Shown here piece by piece: positions 8,715 through 18,019 of a stretch of DNA of 24,944 nucleotides (the stretch's first letter is position 1; every line of letters starts with the position of its first letter). Source of the stretch: Gammaproteobacteria bacterium (GTDB taxonomy: Bacteria > Pseudomonadota > Gammaproteobacteria > GCA-001735895); assembly GCA_050298595.1 (NCBI GenBank), contig JBNKUM010000109.1:1-24944 (forward strand), written 5' to 3'. Made by a program: the position numbers and the translations under genes. Under the pieces are notes generated by a model. That model saw nothing but the letters and a program-made list of their open reading frames with translations, was not told the DNA's origin and searched no databases.

Positions 8715-9206
8715 ATGCTAAAAATTAATTCGAATGCGAATTTTAGAAAAGCCCTTGAATCTCTATCACTTCAACAACAACGATTGGTAGGTGCCCGCTT
8801 TATTGCTAACGTTCTTGACTTGACTGATGATAAACACATTATTCAGGCACAATCTGTTGCCGCTAACAGCGATGCTACAGCCGAAGAATTACACGAAGCC
8901 TATCAATCAGCACATGCCAGTTATATGCGCACACACCCCAACTCATTGATGGCTGAACTTGAGTGGGAAAAACAAACAGAACATTTTATTACCAAAGCCT
9001 GTATGGCTTGCCTTGCACCGACCTACCCGGAAGCATCTACACATGATCTGGCACAAAGAGTGAGCATGTATTGTCAGATGGCAAGAACATGCGGCAGTAT
9101 TAATCATGATGGTGACTACCCCTCATTCAACAATACTGAACAAATGGCTAAAAAAGAAGTGAATGATCAGTACAGAATAGTCAGTGAATTTTTAGGGAAC
9201 CCCTGA
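8715..9206 (+). CDS. Hypothetical all-alpha protein
   Basis: 163-aa ORF with strong AGGAG RBS (8702-8706) and amphipathic helical pattern; contains CMAC. Confidence 0.85.
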   Translation: MLKINSNANFRKALESLSLQQQRLVGARFIANVLDLTDDKHIIQAQSVAANSDATAEELHEAYQSAHASYMRTHPNSLMAELEWEKQTEHFITKACMACLAPTYPEASTHDLAQRVSMYCQMARTCGSINHDGDYPSFNNTEQMAKKEVNDQYRIVSEFLGNP

Positions 9207-9236
9207 TTATTTCGGAGCTTCTTTTGAGTCTTGTCA

Positions 9237-9255
9237 TGCGGATTCCAGATTGAAG
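9237..9255 (+). repeat. 19-bp direct repeat, copy 2 (TGCGGATTCCAGATTGAAG)
   Basis: 18/19 identical to 8227-8245. Confidence 0.85.
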
Positions 9256-9299
9256 CCACCAGCTAAAAGCCGGTAGATATTTAACAGGTCCTATTATGC

Positions 9300-10202
9300 T
9301 TAACCAAGAAACTTACCGCTGCGTAACAACTGTGCTTCCATCATTTCCTGTTCGCGTGAACCGGAGATCACAATGTTAGAGTCGGGGACAAAATCAATGT
9401 CGTTTCCGCTATGTTCATAAGGTACAGAATTGAGAATGACTTTCATCGCGTTGAGTCGAGCCAGATGCTTGTCGTTTGAGCGGATGACTTTCCAGGGGGC
9501 ATGCGTGGTATGGGTTTTCTTCAGCATTTGATATTTTACATTGGTGAAATCGTCCCATCTCTCCTGCGCCTGAACATCAACCTCAGATAATTTCCATTGT
9601 CTTAAGGGGTCAGATTTACGGCGCTCAAACCGGCGTTCCTGCTCGTCTTTGGTGACACTGAAATAGAGTTTAACCAGAATGGTACCCTGACGAATCAGGT
9701 CTTTTTCAAATCCACTCACGCCACGGATAAAATTCTTGTATTCCTCATCGCTACAAAAGCCAAACACAGGCTCTACCATAGCCCGGTTGTACCAACTGCG
9801 GTCAAATAAAACCACTTCGCCACCGCGCGGAAACTGACGTACGTATTTCTGAAAAAACCATTCGGTTTTTTCATATTCGGTGGGTTTGCCAAGCGCAACT
9901 ACGCGGTAGTGTTTTTCATTCATGTACCTTGTCACACGTCTAATGGTGCCACCTTTACCCGCTGCATCACGACCTTCAAACAGGATGATCATGCGCTTTT
10001 TTGTATTTTCGAGATGCTGTTGCATCTTGATCAGCTCAGCCTGCAGGGGTTTTAATTCTTCTTCCTGCTGAAACTTACGGTAGGCTTTTTTGCGCTCTCG
10101 TTTCTTGATTTCGGTTTCATCAAGCTCAGAGTCACTGTCTACTAGCTGCTGGAGTTTTTCTTCGGCTTCACTGACTACGTTCTGTTCGTCTTGTTCGCTC
10201 AT
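9300..10202 (-). CDS. ppk2: Polyphosphate kinase 2 (single domain, class I-like) with acidic N-terminal extension
   Basis: FEGRDAAGKGG (Walker A), VLFDRSWYNRA (Walker B), DPLRQWKLS lid region. Start moved to ATG 10202 (MSEQDE), which has GAGGG upstream. Confidence 0.95.
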   Translation of the reverse strand: MSEQDEQNVVSEAEEKLQQLVDSDSELDETEIKKRERKKAYRKFQQEEELKPLQAELIKMQQHLENTKKRMIILFEGRDAAGKGGTIRRVTRYMNEKHYRVVALGKPTEYEKTEWFFQKYVRQFPRGGEVVLFDRSWYNRAMVEPVFGFCSDEEYKNFIRGVSGFEKDLIRQGTILVKLYFSVTKDEQERRFERRKSDPLRQWKLSEVDVQAQERWDDFTNVKYQMLKKTHTTHAPWKVIRSNDKHLARLNAMKVILNSVPYEHSGNDIDFVPDSNIVISGSREQEMMEAQLLRSGKFLG

Positions 10203-10299
10203 ACTTCCCTCAGTACGGATAAAATATTTCAATAAAAAAATCAGGCCATAAAAGCTACGCTACCGATTTCTCAAAGCAGATGTTAAGGCTACCGTTCTC

Positions 10300-11112
10300 T
10301 CAAATATCTGGTGAACAGATGTCAGGCACGAAGGTTTGATCAGACATAGGTGGTCTGACATAACCCTTGCCTTCTTCGCGTTTTGGTAATTCAATAGGCT
10401 CAGGCGTTAGGTCTTTGTATGGTATCTGGCTGAGCAAATGAGAAATGCAATTAAGTCGAGCATGTTTCTTTATATCCGATTTCACTACCCACCAGGGAGC
10501 CTGTTTGATATCGGTATGTGCAAACATATCGTCTTTTGCTTTTGAATAATCCATCCAGCGAGTACGAGACTCCAGATCCATAGGGGTGAGTTTCCAGCGT
10601 TTATGCGGTTCCTTGAGACGACTTTGAAAACGATGTTCCTGCTCTTCGTCGGATACCGAGAACCAGTATTTCAACAGAATGATGCCAGATCTGACCAGCA
10701 TGCGTTCAAATTCTGGACAGGAACGCAAAAACTCCTGATATTCGTCTTCGGTACAAAACCCCATGACCTTTTCGACTCCGGCACGGTTATACCAGCTACG
10801 ATCAAATAACACCATTTCACCAGCGGCGGGTAATACTGAGACATAGCGCTGAAAGTACCACTGGGTTTGTTCACGTTCTGTTGGTGCGGGTAATGCCTCT
10901 ATCCGACAGATACGAGGGTTAAGATGTTGTTGAATTCGCTTGATGACACCGCCTTTTCCTGCAGCATCACGTCCTTCAAACAGCACCACTACTTTCAATC
11001 CTTTGTGTGTAATCCAGGCCTGTAGTTTTACCAGTTCAAGTTGCAGTCGAAATAGCTTATCTTCATATTCTTTTTTGCTCATTATGTTTTTTTGTTCTGA
11101 TTTTTTGCCCAT
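10300..11112 (-). CDS. ppk2: Polyphosphate kinase 2 (single domain, class I-like)
   Basis: FEGRDAAGKGG, FDRSWYNRAGVEKVMGFC, KRWKL. GGAG RBS. Confidence 0.96.
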   Translation of the reverse strand: MGKKSEQKNIMSKKEYEDKLFRLQLELVKLQAWITHKGLKVVVLFEGRDAAGKGGVIKRIQQHLNPRICRIEALPAPTEREQTQWYFQRYVSVLPAAGEMVLFDRSWYNRAGVEKVMGFCTEDEYQEFLRSCPEFERMLVRSGIILLKYWFSVSDEEQEHRFQSRLKEPHKRWKLTPMDLESRTRWMDYSKAKDDMFAHTDIKQAPWWVVKSDIKKHARLNCISHLLSQIPYKDLTPEPIELPKREEGKGYVRPPMSDQTFVPDICSPDI

Positions 11113-11248
11113 AGCTGCTCCAAAAGAAAATTCGACAAATCAACTACCGAGTATAGTCCTACTATTTATGGTTTTAGTTGAGGGAGGTCAAAGGGAAACT
11201 GACAACCTCAAAAAAGTTATGGTAGGCCCTTACGACTCTAATGTGGAT

Positions 11249-12061
11249 TTATTTCTGGCAGTGGCTGCAATAAAATGTGGAGCGCTGCCCCTGAGTAATT
11301 CTTTTTATCGGCTGCAGGCACTGACTGCATGGCTGGTTTTCCTGCCCGTATACGAGTAATGACTGGGCAAAGTATCCCGGCTTTCCATCGGCCTGGGTAA
11401 AATCCTGTAGAGTAGTGCCGCCCTGATTAATGGCCTGTTGTAGTATTCGCTTAATGGCTTCAACCAGCCGTTGTATACGCTGTCTGGAGATACGCATAGC
11501 GGCTGTTTTGGGGTTTATTGCACTGCTAAACAGGCTTTCACAGGCGTATATGTTACCCACACCAACCACGAGATGACTGTCCATGATCAGGTTTTTTATT
11601 GCAGTTTTGCGATTTCGACAGCTCTGATATAAATATTCGGCATTAAAATCATCACTTAGTGGTTCTGGCCCCAATTGGGCGAGCAGCCTGTGCTGGTAAG
11701 GATCATCCTGGGTCAGTAACAAAGCACCAAAGCGACGGGGGTCTCTAAATCGTAATGAGTTTTCGTCATCGAGCTGCAGAATAACGTGCTCATGTGCATT
11801 CTGTGGCAGATGTTGAGACAGAATGCGCATGCTGCCCGACATACCCAGATGCCAGATCATATGGCCCTTATTAGTAAACATAAGCAGGTATTTGGCGCGC
11901 CGCTGTAGCTTGAGAATTCTGGCGCCTTCCAGTTGCCTGATCTCAGGGGGTATTGGCCAGCGCAATTTAGACTGGTTAATAATAATCCTGCGGATGCTGT
12001 GACTGATTAGATAAGGCTCTATACCGCGCAGGGTGGTTTCAACCTCTGGTAATTCTGGCAC
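11249..12061 (-). CDS. mutM: Formamidopyrimidine-DNA glycosylase
   Basis: N-terminal PELPEVET, RRAKYLL, HLGMSG, DPRRFG, H2TH VGVGNIYA, C-terminal CSQC...CSHCQ zinc finger. Confidence 0.98.
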   Translation of the reverse strand: MPELPEVETTLRGIEPYLISHSIRRIIINQSKLRWPIPPEIRQLEGARILKLQRRAKYLLMFTNKGHMIWHLGMSGSMRILSQHLPQNAHEHVILQLDDENSLRFRDPRRFGALLLTQDDPYQHRLLAQLGPEPLSDDFNAEYLYQSCRNRKTAIKNLIMDSHLVVGVGNIYACESLFSSAINPKTAAMRISRQRIQRLVEAIKRILQQAINQGGTTLQDFTQADGKPGYFAQSLLVYGQENQPCSQCLQPIKRITQGQRSTFYCSHCQK

Positions 12062-12063
12062 GG

Positions 12064-12894
12064 CTATAGCTCAGACAGCACGTAGGCGAGTGACAGGCCA
12101 GCCGTCCAGCTAGTGGAATCGGTAACCAGCGGGCTGTCTTCGATTTCACTGCCACTGAGATCGTCGTAACGAATAAAACCACCAAGCCACCATTTCTGAA
12201 TACGTCGACTAAAGGTGAAATCCAGGCGCATTCCGCTATAACCCGTTCCCGCAGTGTATTCTGCTCGCTGGGCTGTAACTTCGCTGCTATCGACATTATA
12301 GAAATATCCGTGATAGTCGGCGTTGGCATACAAAGGGCCGCCAGCTACACGCAGCTTCCAGTTATATTTATCTTTTGCTGGCCAGCGCCAGGCAAGCCGG
12401 GGATGAAATGTGTTGCCAATAGGATCAATTTTATCGCCCATGGTAAATGCAAAGCGCAGTGGTAATTCCAGCCATAAGGAGGAATCATCGGTCGAGTGTA
12501 GACGGAGTTCCAGCGAGGGGCCGAATTCAAGTGTTGCATCAAGACTCTGCATACCAGCGCGTTCTGAATCCTTATTTGAACTCGGCAGGCTGCCATTTCC
12601 GCTGATGGATAGCAGCAGATCAGGGGTTTTAAACAGCCGACCTTCTACGCCATCGTCAACCCTTAACTTTTTCCCACGGTATTTAACGTAGGGGAAGGGG
12701 AGTAACTGATTACTCTGTACCGAAGAACCTCTATATTCTGGCATTGAGAGTTGAACCAGGCCTATACCCCACTCGAGTTTAGGATGGCCTTCATTATGAT
12801 CGGCATTTACAACAGGGGGCATGATGCAGGCTGTGATCGCCAGCGGTCTCCCAAAGTTAGTTAGCAGGAGCTTGATCCAGCGACAGTAATTCAT
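12064..12894 (-). CDS. MipA/OmpV-family outer-membrane beta-barrel protein
   Basis: PEYRGSS, PFPYVKYRG, YHGYFYNV, YTAGTGY, IEDSPLV motifs and alternating beta-strand pattern. Start uncertain. Confidence 0.85.
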   Translation of the reverse strand: MNYCRWIKLLLTNFGRPLAITACIMPPVVNADHNEGHPKLEWGIGLVQLSMPEYRGSSVQSNQLLPFPYVKYRGKKLRVDDGVEGRLFKTPDLLLSISGNGSLPSSNKDSERAGMQSLDATLEFGPSLELRLHSTDDSSLWLELPLRFAFTMGDKIDPIGNTFHPRLAWRWPAKDKYNWKLRVAGGPLYANADYHGYFYNVDSSEVTAQRAEYTAGTGYSGMRLDFTFSRRIQKWWLGGFIRYDDLSGSEIEDSPLVTDSTSWTAGLSLAYVLSEL

Positions 12895-13705
12895 AATACA
12901 GATGCTCCGGGAAATGGAATTGCAACTTCATATCAGGCCGGGCAATGATGATTTCGGGCTGGATAGAGAGCAGGAAGAATTCGCTGCTTTGGGCATTATC
13001 AAATTCAGCGGTAATTTTCTTTAATGGGGACAGGTCTGGGTTATAGGCCTTAACAGAAGATGCCTGCAGACTTTGCCAGTTTTTAATAACAGCCTGAATC
13101 CTGCCGGAATTCTGAGGGGGGTTACTGCTTACCCAGTTTCCGGATTGGTGACTGAGTGTGAAATCAGGCAGCTGTAGTGATTTAAGCCCGGAGCCTGCGG
13201 GAAGCAGGCGCTTATCCACCAGACCGGCAATGCCATTACTGATAAATGCGTAATGGATATCATCCACCAGGTAGACCGTGGAGTCGATCATTAGATATCG
13301 GCGGCTTCCGATCTGGTTGGTGGTGCCGAAGTAAATCGACTTCTGGTTTAGTGTAACCACGGCCTTAGGGATGCTCAGGCCCAGAGTGGATAGATTAATC
13401 TCGCTTTTTGGCAGTTTTGAATGGAATTTAGTACTCACCAGGCTGGCCAGGCGTTCAACAGCGATATTATCGGCAAACCATACAAAAGGCCTGCTAATAA
13501 ACCAGCGGTTTTCATTTTTCTCTAACTGAATGCTGCCGTCGGCGGTTTCAATATTAATGCTCTCGATCTGCTGTGGTTTTAGTTTGGTAATCGCATCGCG
13601 ATCAAATTTCTGGTCTTCGGTAATCGGGTACTTATTCCCAATCCAGGTGAAGATAATAATCAGAACCAACAGGAGGTAGTTGATCAGCCAGCGTCTACTA
13701 AACAT
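12857..13705 (-). CDS. DUF4340-type membrane-anchored periplasmic protein
   Basis: Single N-terminal TM; LEKNENRWFISRP, LGLSIP, FGTTNQIGSRRY motifs; usual position after gldG-like genes. Confidence 0.8.
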   Translation of the reverse strand: MFSRRWLINYLLLVLIIIFTWIGNKYPITEDQKFDRDAITKLKPQQIESINIETADGSIQLEKNENRWFISRPFVWFADNIAVERLASLVSTKFHSKLPKSEINLSTLGLSIPKAVVTLNQKSIYFGTTNQIGSRRYLMIDSTVYLVDDIHYAFISNGIAGLVDKRLLPAGSGLKSLQLPDFTLSHQSGNWVSSNPPQNSGRIQAVIKNWQSLQASSVKAYNPDLSPLKKITAEFDNAQSSEFFLLSIQPEIIIARPDMKLQFHFPEHLYYELLSLDQAPAN

Positions 13706-13709
13706 TTAT

Positions 13710-15074
13710 TTACCTCTTCCTGCGAACCAGCCAGATGCGGATGCCCGCAGCCAGCAGGGCTATTGGCAGCAACAGTAGAAAGGTGAGCGCGATGATAAGT
13801 TGGCTGTTGCTGGACAGCTCCAGTTTGGTATCCAGTGCGCTACGTGGAGAAATGGAAATTAAAGTATCATCATGGCTTAGCCAGTTAAACAGATTCAGGC
13901 CCAGATCCAGATTGCTGCCATTAACCAGATACTGATTGGATAGAAAATCGGCATCGCCTATGACGACTACGCGCTGAGTTTGCAGGCTACCATCCTCTTT
14001 TTGCACACTACGTTCCAGGCTGTAACCCAGATTTAACGGGCCAGCGATTTCGGCGTTCTGGTCACCCTGGGTTATCTTGCCTTTGAGTTCACCCATTTCA
14101 TTCCAGCTACGTGCCTGAGTCGCCAGCAGAGGAACCGCCTTCCAGTCGCTTTGCTCGCCATGAAATTGCATGGCCTGCGCACGCGGAAAAAGGGTCATAG
14201 CTTTCAGTTGGCTGGTAATTGCATGGCGCGGGTAGTCGGCGACCAGTGCAAAATCGACTCGGGAAAGACCCAGTAGCTGAGTGCTGGTATCAACAATGAC
14301 ACCTGGCAGAAATTCCAGTTCGAGCTGTTCGGCCAGACCATCCAGTGAATTATCCTGTGAGATATCAGCCATCCATAACAGATTGCCTCCGTGCTGCACA
14401 TAGCGCTTAATCATATCAACCTCACCCGGCAGCAAGGCTGTTGCAGAATCGGCGATCACCAGTATGTCGGTATTGTCAGGGATGCTGGTGCTTTGCATCA
14501 GGTTGACTGGCTGAACTTGAAAGCCTTTTTCTGCCAGCCGAGAGCCAAACAATTGCAGGTCATAATTGGCTGCGCCGTAGGCATCGCGCTCACCATGTCC
14601 TTCGATAAACATAACCCAGCGTTCAGCTTCACGTATCAGTCGAGCGAGTGCATTAGTTATCGATGACTCGGTAATCTGCTGCAGATTCTCGTGGCGGCCA
14701 TTCACTTCAATAACGACTTCTCCATCGCGTTGGATATTGAACTCACGTAATTGATCGGGCACAAAATCAGGATTGATGCTGTTGTACTCGATGAGTGGCT
14801 GGACTTCATGGTAACGATTAAAAATGGCATCCAAGTTGTCCTTAAGATTATTAACCGGTGAAATAAAGGCGGTGATCTTGACCGGTTGCTGGATGCTTTT
14901 TAACAATCTCTGAGTAGGCTGAGACAGGCTATTGGACTGGTTGGCAGTGAGGTCGATTGAATAACTGAACTGAGTAGACAACCAGGCGAGTATGCCAATA
15001 AAGCCAATAAAAAAAACGATGAACAGGCTGGACTGGATGCGTAGCTGGAGACGGGTTTTATTATTCAGTTTCAT
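13710..15074 (-). CDS. GldG-like ABC transporter auxiliary component
   Basis: N- and C-terminal TMs; DLTANQSNSLS, FIEGHGE, GGNLL, RVVVIGDADFLSN motifs. Confidence 0.9.
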   Translation of the reverse strand: MKLNNKTRLQLRIQSSLFIVFFIGFIGILAWLSTQFSYSIDLTANQSNSLSQPTQRLLKSIQQPVKITAFISPVNNLKDNLDAIFNRYHEVQPLIEYNSINPDFVPDQLREFNIQRDGEVVIEVNGRHENLQQITESSITNALARLIREAERWVMFIEGHGERDAYGAANYDLQLFGSRLAEKGFQVQPVNLMQSTSIPDNTDILVIADSATALLPGEVDMIKRYVQHGGNLLWMADISQDNSLDGLAEQLELEFLPGVIVDTSTQLLGLSRVDFALVADYPRHAITSQLKAMTLFPRAQAMQFHGEQSDWKAVPLLATQARSWNEMGELKGKITQGDQNAEIAGPLNLGYSLERSVQKEDGSLQTQRVVVIGDADFLSNQYLVNGSNLDLGLNLFNWLSHDDTLISISPRSALDTKLELSSNSQLIIALTFLLLLPIALLAAGIRIWLVRRKR

Positions 15075-15084
15075 TGCTAGTCGT

Positions 15085-15837
15085 CTAGTGTTGCAGGCGG
15101 TCGCCGTCCAGCCGGCGAATGGTTAATCCCAGGAATAGCAAAATAATCAACAGGTAGTAGCTGACATCGCTGGTTTTGAATACCCCATCCAGTAAAGGCT
15201 GGTGATGCTTGATCAGTGACAGGTAAGCGATAACCGACTGCCCCTGATCCAGACTGTCAGTCACCCAGTCGATAATCCATAGCAACAACAGGATGCCAAA
15301 GGTGCTGACGGCAGCTATGGTCTGATTCTCGGTGAGGCTGGATAGATATAGCCCAATCGCTGCAAAGCTGCCGAGCAATAACAGCATGCCGATAAAGATG
15401 GAGAATAGCTTGCCGAGATCAAGCTGGGTGCCGAGAAGCAGGGATAAGGGCATGAGCATCAACAGACAGGTGAGTATCAGAATGAAGAAGATCAGGCCCA
15501 GATACTTGCCGAGCACCAGTTGAGTGATCGAGATAGGTGCGGAAAACAGCAAGTTAATGGTTTTATTCTTTTTCTCTTCCGCCAGGCTGCGCATGGTAAT
15601 CAATGGCATAATCATTAACAGGATGATGGCAGCCAGTGAGAATATAGGTGAGACGACGACATCGGTGACACCGGGTACATTCTCCAGGCGCATGAATTGA
15701 GGTTGCAGGGTGAAATAGTTTTCGATTTGCGCCAGAAACATATAACCCAGAATAGCCTGGATCACGGCCAGAATAATCCACGCCAGAGGTGACAGGAACA
15801 TGCTGGTAATTTCGCGCCTGGCGATGGTGAAAATCAT
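15085..15837 (-). CDS. GldF-like ABC-2 permease
   Basis: IARREITSMFLSPLAW, PLITMRSLAEEK, VLGKYL, SSLTENQTIAA; six TMs. Confidence 0.92.
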   Translation of the reverse strand: MIFTIARREITSMFLSPLAWIILAVIQAILGYMFLAQIENYFTLQPQFMRLENVPGVTDVVVSPIFSLAAIILLMIMPLITMRSLAEEKKNKTINLLFSAPISITQLVLGKYLGLIFFILILTCLLMLMPLSLLLGTQLDLGKLFSIFIGMLLLLGSFAAIGLYLSSLTENQTIAAVSTFGILLLLWIIDWVTDSLDQGQSVIAYLSLIKHHQPLLDGVFKTSDVSYYLLIILLFLGLTIRRLDGDRLQH

Positions 15838-16817
15838 GCGCTTACCCCCTGTTCAGCTTGAGTTGCAGGAGATTCGGCAGTGGTCAGTTCAACAAAAATT
15901 TCTTCCAGAGAACTACTATCCGGGACCAGTTCAAATAGCTTCCATTGTTGTTTTACCGAGGCTTCAACCAGTGACTGGGCAAATTCGGCATCTGCAAACT
16001 GAATCTGGAAGCGTTGGGGGTCGATGCTGTTAACGGCTATTACGCCGTCCAGTGCTAACAGGGCCTGCAAATCAGGAGGTTGACGAAAAGCAACCTTCAT
16101 CTGATTGCTGCGACCACGCTGATTTAATTCTTCGATGGAAGCGTTATAAATCATTTCGCCACGCCGGATGATCTGTACCCGGTCACAGGTGGCCTGTACC
16201 TCGGGCAGGATATGGGTGGATAAAATAACGCTGTGTTCCTGCCCGAGTGCTTTGATCAGGCTGCGAATTTCACGAATCTGTATCGGATCCAGTCCTACCG
16301 TGGGCTCATCCAGAATCACTACCAGAGGTTGATGGATAATGGCCTGCGCTATCCCCACGCGTTGCTGGTAGCCTTTGGACAGATTGCCTATTAATCGTTT
16401 GCTAACGTCTTCCAGGGCGCAATGGGCCTTGGCCTGATCCAGTGCAGAGCTGATTTGACTGCGCGGGATACGGTGCAGTTTTGCGCAATAGATCAGATAT
16501 TCGTCTACCGTTAACTCTCGGTAAACCGGTGGGTTTTCCGGCAGGTAACCAAGGCAGGATTTGGCTTCTATCGGATGGTCGATCAGATCATGACCATTGA
16601 TGGTGATTTGACCGGAATTTGCTGCCAGACTGCCGGTGATCATCTGCATGCAGGTTGACTTACCCGCACCATTAGGCCCCAGAAAGCCGAGTACCTCGCC
16701 CTTATTCAGGGTGAAATTCAGCTCATTGACAGCTATGGTATTGCCATAAACTCGAGTCAGGTTTTCTACCTGAATTAAAGGAGTGCTGGTAATTGGGGTT
16801 TGCTTGAGGGCATCCAT
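15834..16817 (-). CDS. GldA-like ABC exporter ATP-binding protein
   Basis: GPNGAGKS, LSKGYQQRVG, ILDEPTVGLDP, STH, C-terminal SLEEIF. Confidence 0.95.
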   Translation of the reverse strand: MDALKQTPITSTPLIQVENLTRVYGNTIAVNELNFTLNKGEVLGFLGPNGAGKSTCMQMITGSLAANSGQITINGHDLIDHPIEAKSCLGYLPENPPVYRELTVDEYLIYCAKLHRIPRSQISSALDQAKAHCALEDVSKRLIGNLSKGYQQRVGIAQAIIHQPLVVILDEPTVGLDPIQIREIRSLIKALGQEHSVILSTHILPEVQATCDRVQIIRRGEMIYNASIEELNQRGRSNQMKVAFRQPPDLQALLALDGVIAVNSIDPQRFQIQFADAEFAQSLVEASVKQQWKLFELVPDSSSLEEIFVELTTAESPATQAEQGVSA

Positions 16818-16943
16818 CTACAGTTTTGACTGGGTTAAAAGCTGGATGGATTTTACTGGGTTTATTGTGAGGGCGAAAGGGTAAACAGTCGCCTTGAGCA
16901 TAGTATTTTGGTATGGAGTGGAAAAATCATTAGTCTGGACTTC

Positions 16944-16960
16944 TGCACTATATTGGTGCT
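16944..16960. promoter_or_regulatory. NtrC-like binding site 1 (TGCACTATATTGGTGCT)
   Basis: 9/10 match to TGCAC-N7-GTGCA with AT-rich spacer, in the divergent intergenic region. Confidence 0.7.
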
Positions 16961-16993
16961 CCGGATGTGCTCTCCATAACTTTACTCTGGTGG

Positions 16994-17010
16994 GGCACGG
17001 TTTTGGTGCA
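16994..17010. promoter_or_regulatory. NtrC-like binding site 2 (GGCACGGTTTTGGTGCA)
   Basis: 9/10 match to TGCAC-N7-GTGCA, starting 50 bp after site 1. Confidence 0.65.
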
Positions 17011-17054
17011 ATAAGGTCGGGCAAGTTCTGAAGATGTATCCCATAATGGAAAAG

Positions 17055-17070
17055 CGGCTGAAAATACGCA
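17055..17070 (+). promoter_or_regulatory. Weak candidate sigma-54 (-24/-12) promoter
   Basis: cGGCtgaaaatacGCA has exact GG-N10-GC spacing downstream of the NtrC-like boxes, but flanking consensus bases are poor. Confidence 0.3.
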
Positions 17071-17104
17071 TGATGGTGAGTATGGATTAACAGCAGGTGT
17101 CTCT

Positions 17105-18019
17105 TTGTATCTTTCGGATTCATTAACTCAGCAATTACAACAGCAGATCAAGCTATTTGATTTGCCAGATAGCTTTATGCAAGGCGTTCAGGATTACCTG
17201 CTGCCGCTTGCGGAGCACATTTCGGCGCAGGCGAAATCTCTACATCGCTGCACGCTGATCAGTATCAATGGCTCGCAGGGTTCCGGTAAATCAACCATGA
17301 CGGTTTTCTTAAAGCTTATTCTGCAGCATCATTTTAATCTGAGTAGTGCCGTGGTTTCGATAGATGATTTTTATCTGACCCGTGCACAACGTCAGCAACT
17401 GGCGCAACAGGTACACCCGCTGTTTGCCACACGCGGTGTACCGGGCACTCACGATATCGAGTTAGCCAGCCATACCCTGCAATGCCTGACAAATTGCTCC
17501 CCTCAGTCACCCTGCCGGATTCCGGTGTTTGATAAGGCAGTAGATGATCGTGCAGATGAAGCGCTATGGCCAATGGTAGACAAGCCTGTAGATGTGATTC
17601 TATTTGAAGGCTGGTGTAACCATGCACCTACTCAAAGTGAGCAACAACTGTTAACGCCTGTTAATGATCTGGAAAGGCTGGAGGATAGTGATGGACTGTG
17701 GCGTCGCTATGTGAACCAGCAGTTGCGGGAATATCACAAAAGCCTGTTTTCTCAGGCCGATGCCTTGATCTTTATGCAAATTCCCTCCTTTGAAAAGGTA
17801 TACGAATGGCGAGGGCTACAGGAGCATAAGCTTAAAAAAACTGCAGATGAATCCAGCCAGGGCGTGATGGATCAGCAACAGTTAATCCGTTTTATTCAGC
17901 ACTATGAGCGTATCACCCGATCATGTCTCGAGGGATTGCCTGATAGTGCTGATATTATTTTAAAGATCGATAATGATCACGCAATTGAATCCATGCAGAT
18001 AGTCGGGAGCTGTAAATAA
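17105..18019 (+). CDS. D-glycerate 3-kinase (GLYK-type P-loop kinase)
   Basis: GSQGSGKST, SIDDFYLT, TRGVPGTHD, PVFDKAVDDR, LFEGWC, WRGLQE, RFIQHYER. TTG start with AGGT upstream. Confidence 0.88.
   Translation: MYLSDSLTQQLQQQIKLFDLPDSFMQGVQDYLLPLAEHISAQAKSLHRCTLISINGSQGSGKSTMTVFLKLILQHHFNLSSAVVSIDDFYLTRAQRQQLAQQVHPLFATRGVPGTHDIELASHTLQCLTNCSPQSPCRIPVFDKAVDDRADEALWPMVDKPVDVILFEGWCNHAPTQSEQQLLTPVNDLERLEDSDGLWRRYVNQQLREYHKSLFSQADALIFMQIPSFEKVYEWRGLQEHKLKKTADESSQGVMDQQQLIRFIQHYERITRSCLEGLPDSADIILKIDNDHAIESMQIVGSCK

Noticed and set aside
16993-17008. GGCAC as a sigma-54 -24 element
   Set aside because: No GC at the -12 position; the sequence fits an NtrC palindrome better.
16818-17123. 101-aa minus-strand ORF in the divergent intergenic region
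   Set aside because: Spans the promoter region and NtrC-like boxes, overlaps the kinase start, and has no recognisable protein features.
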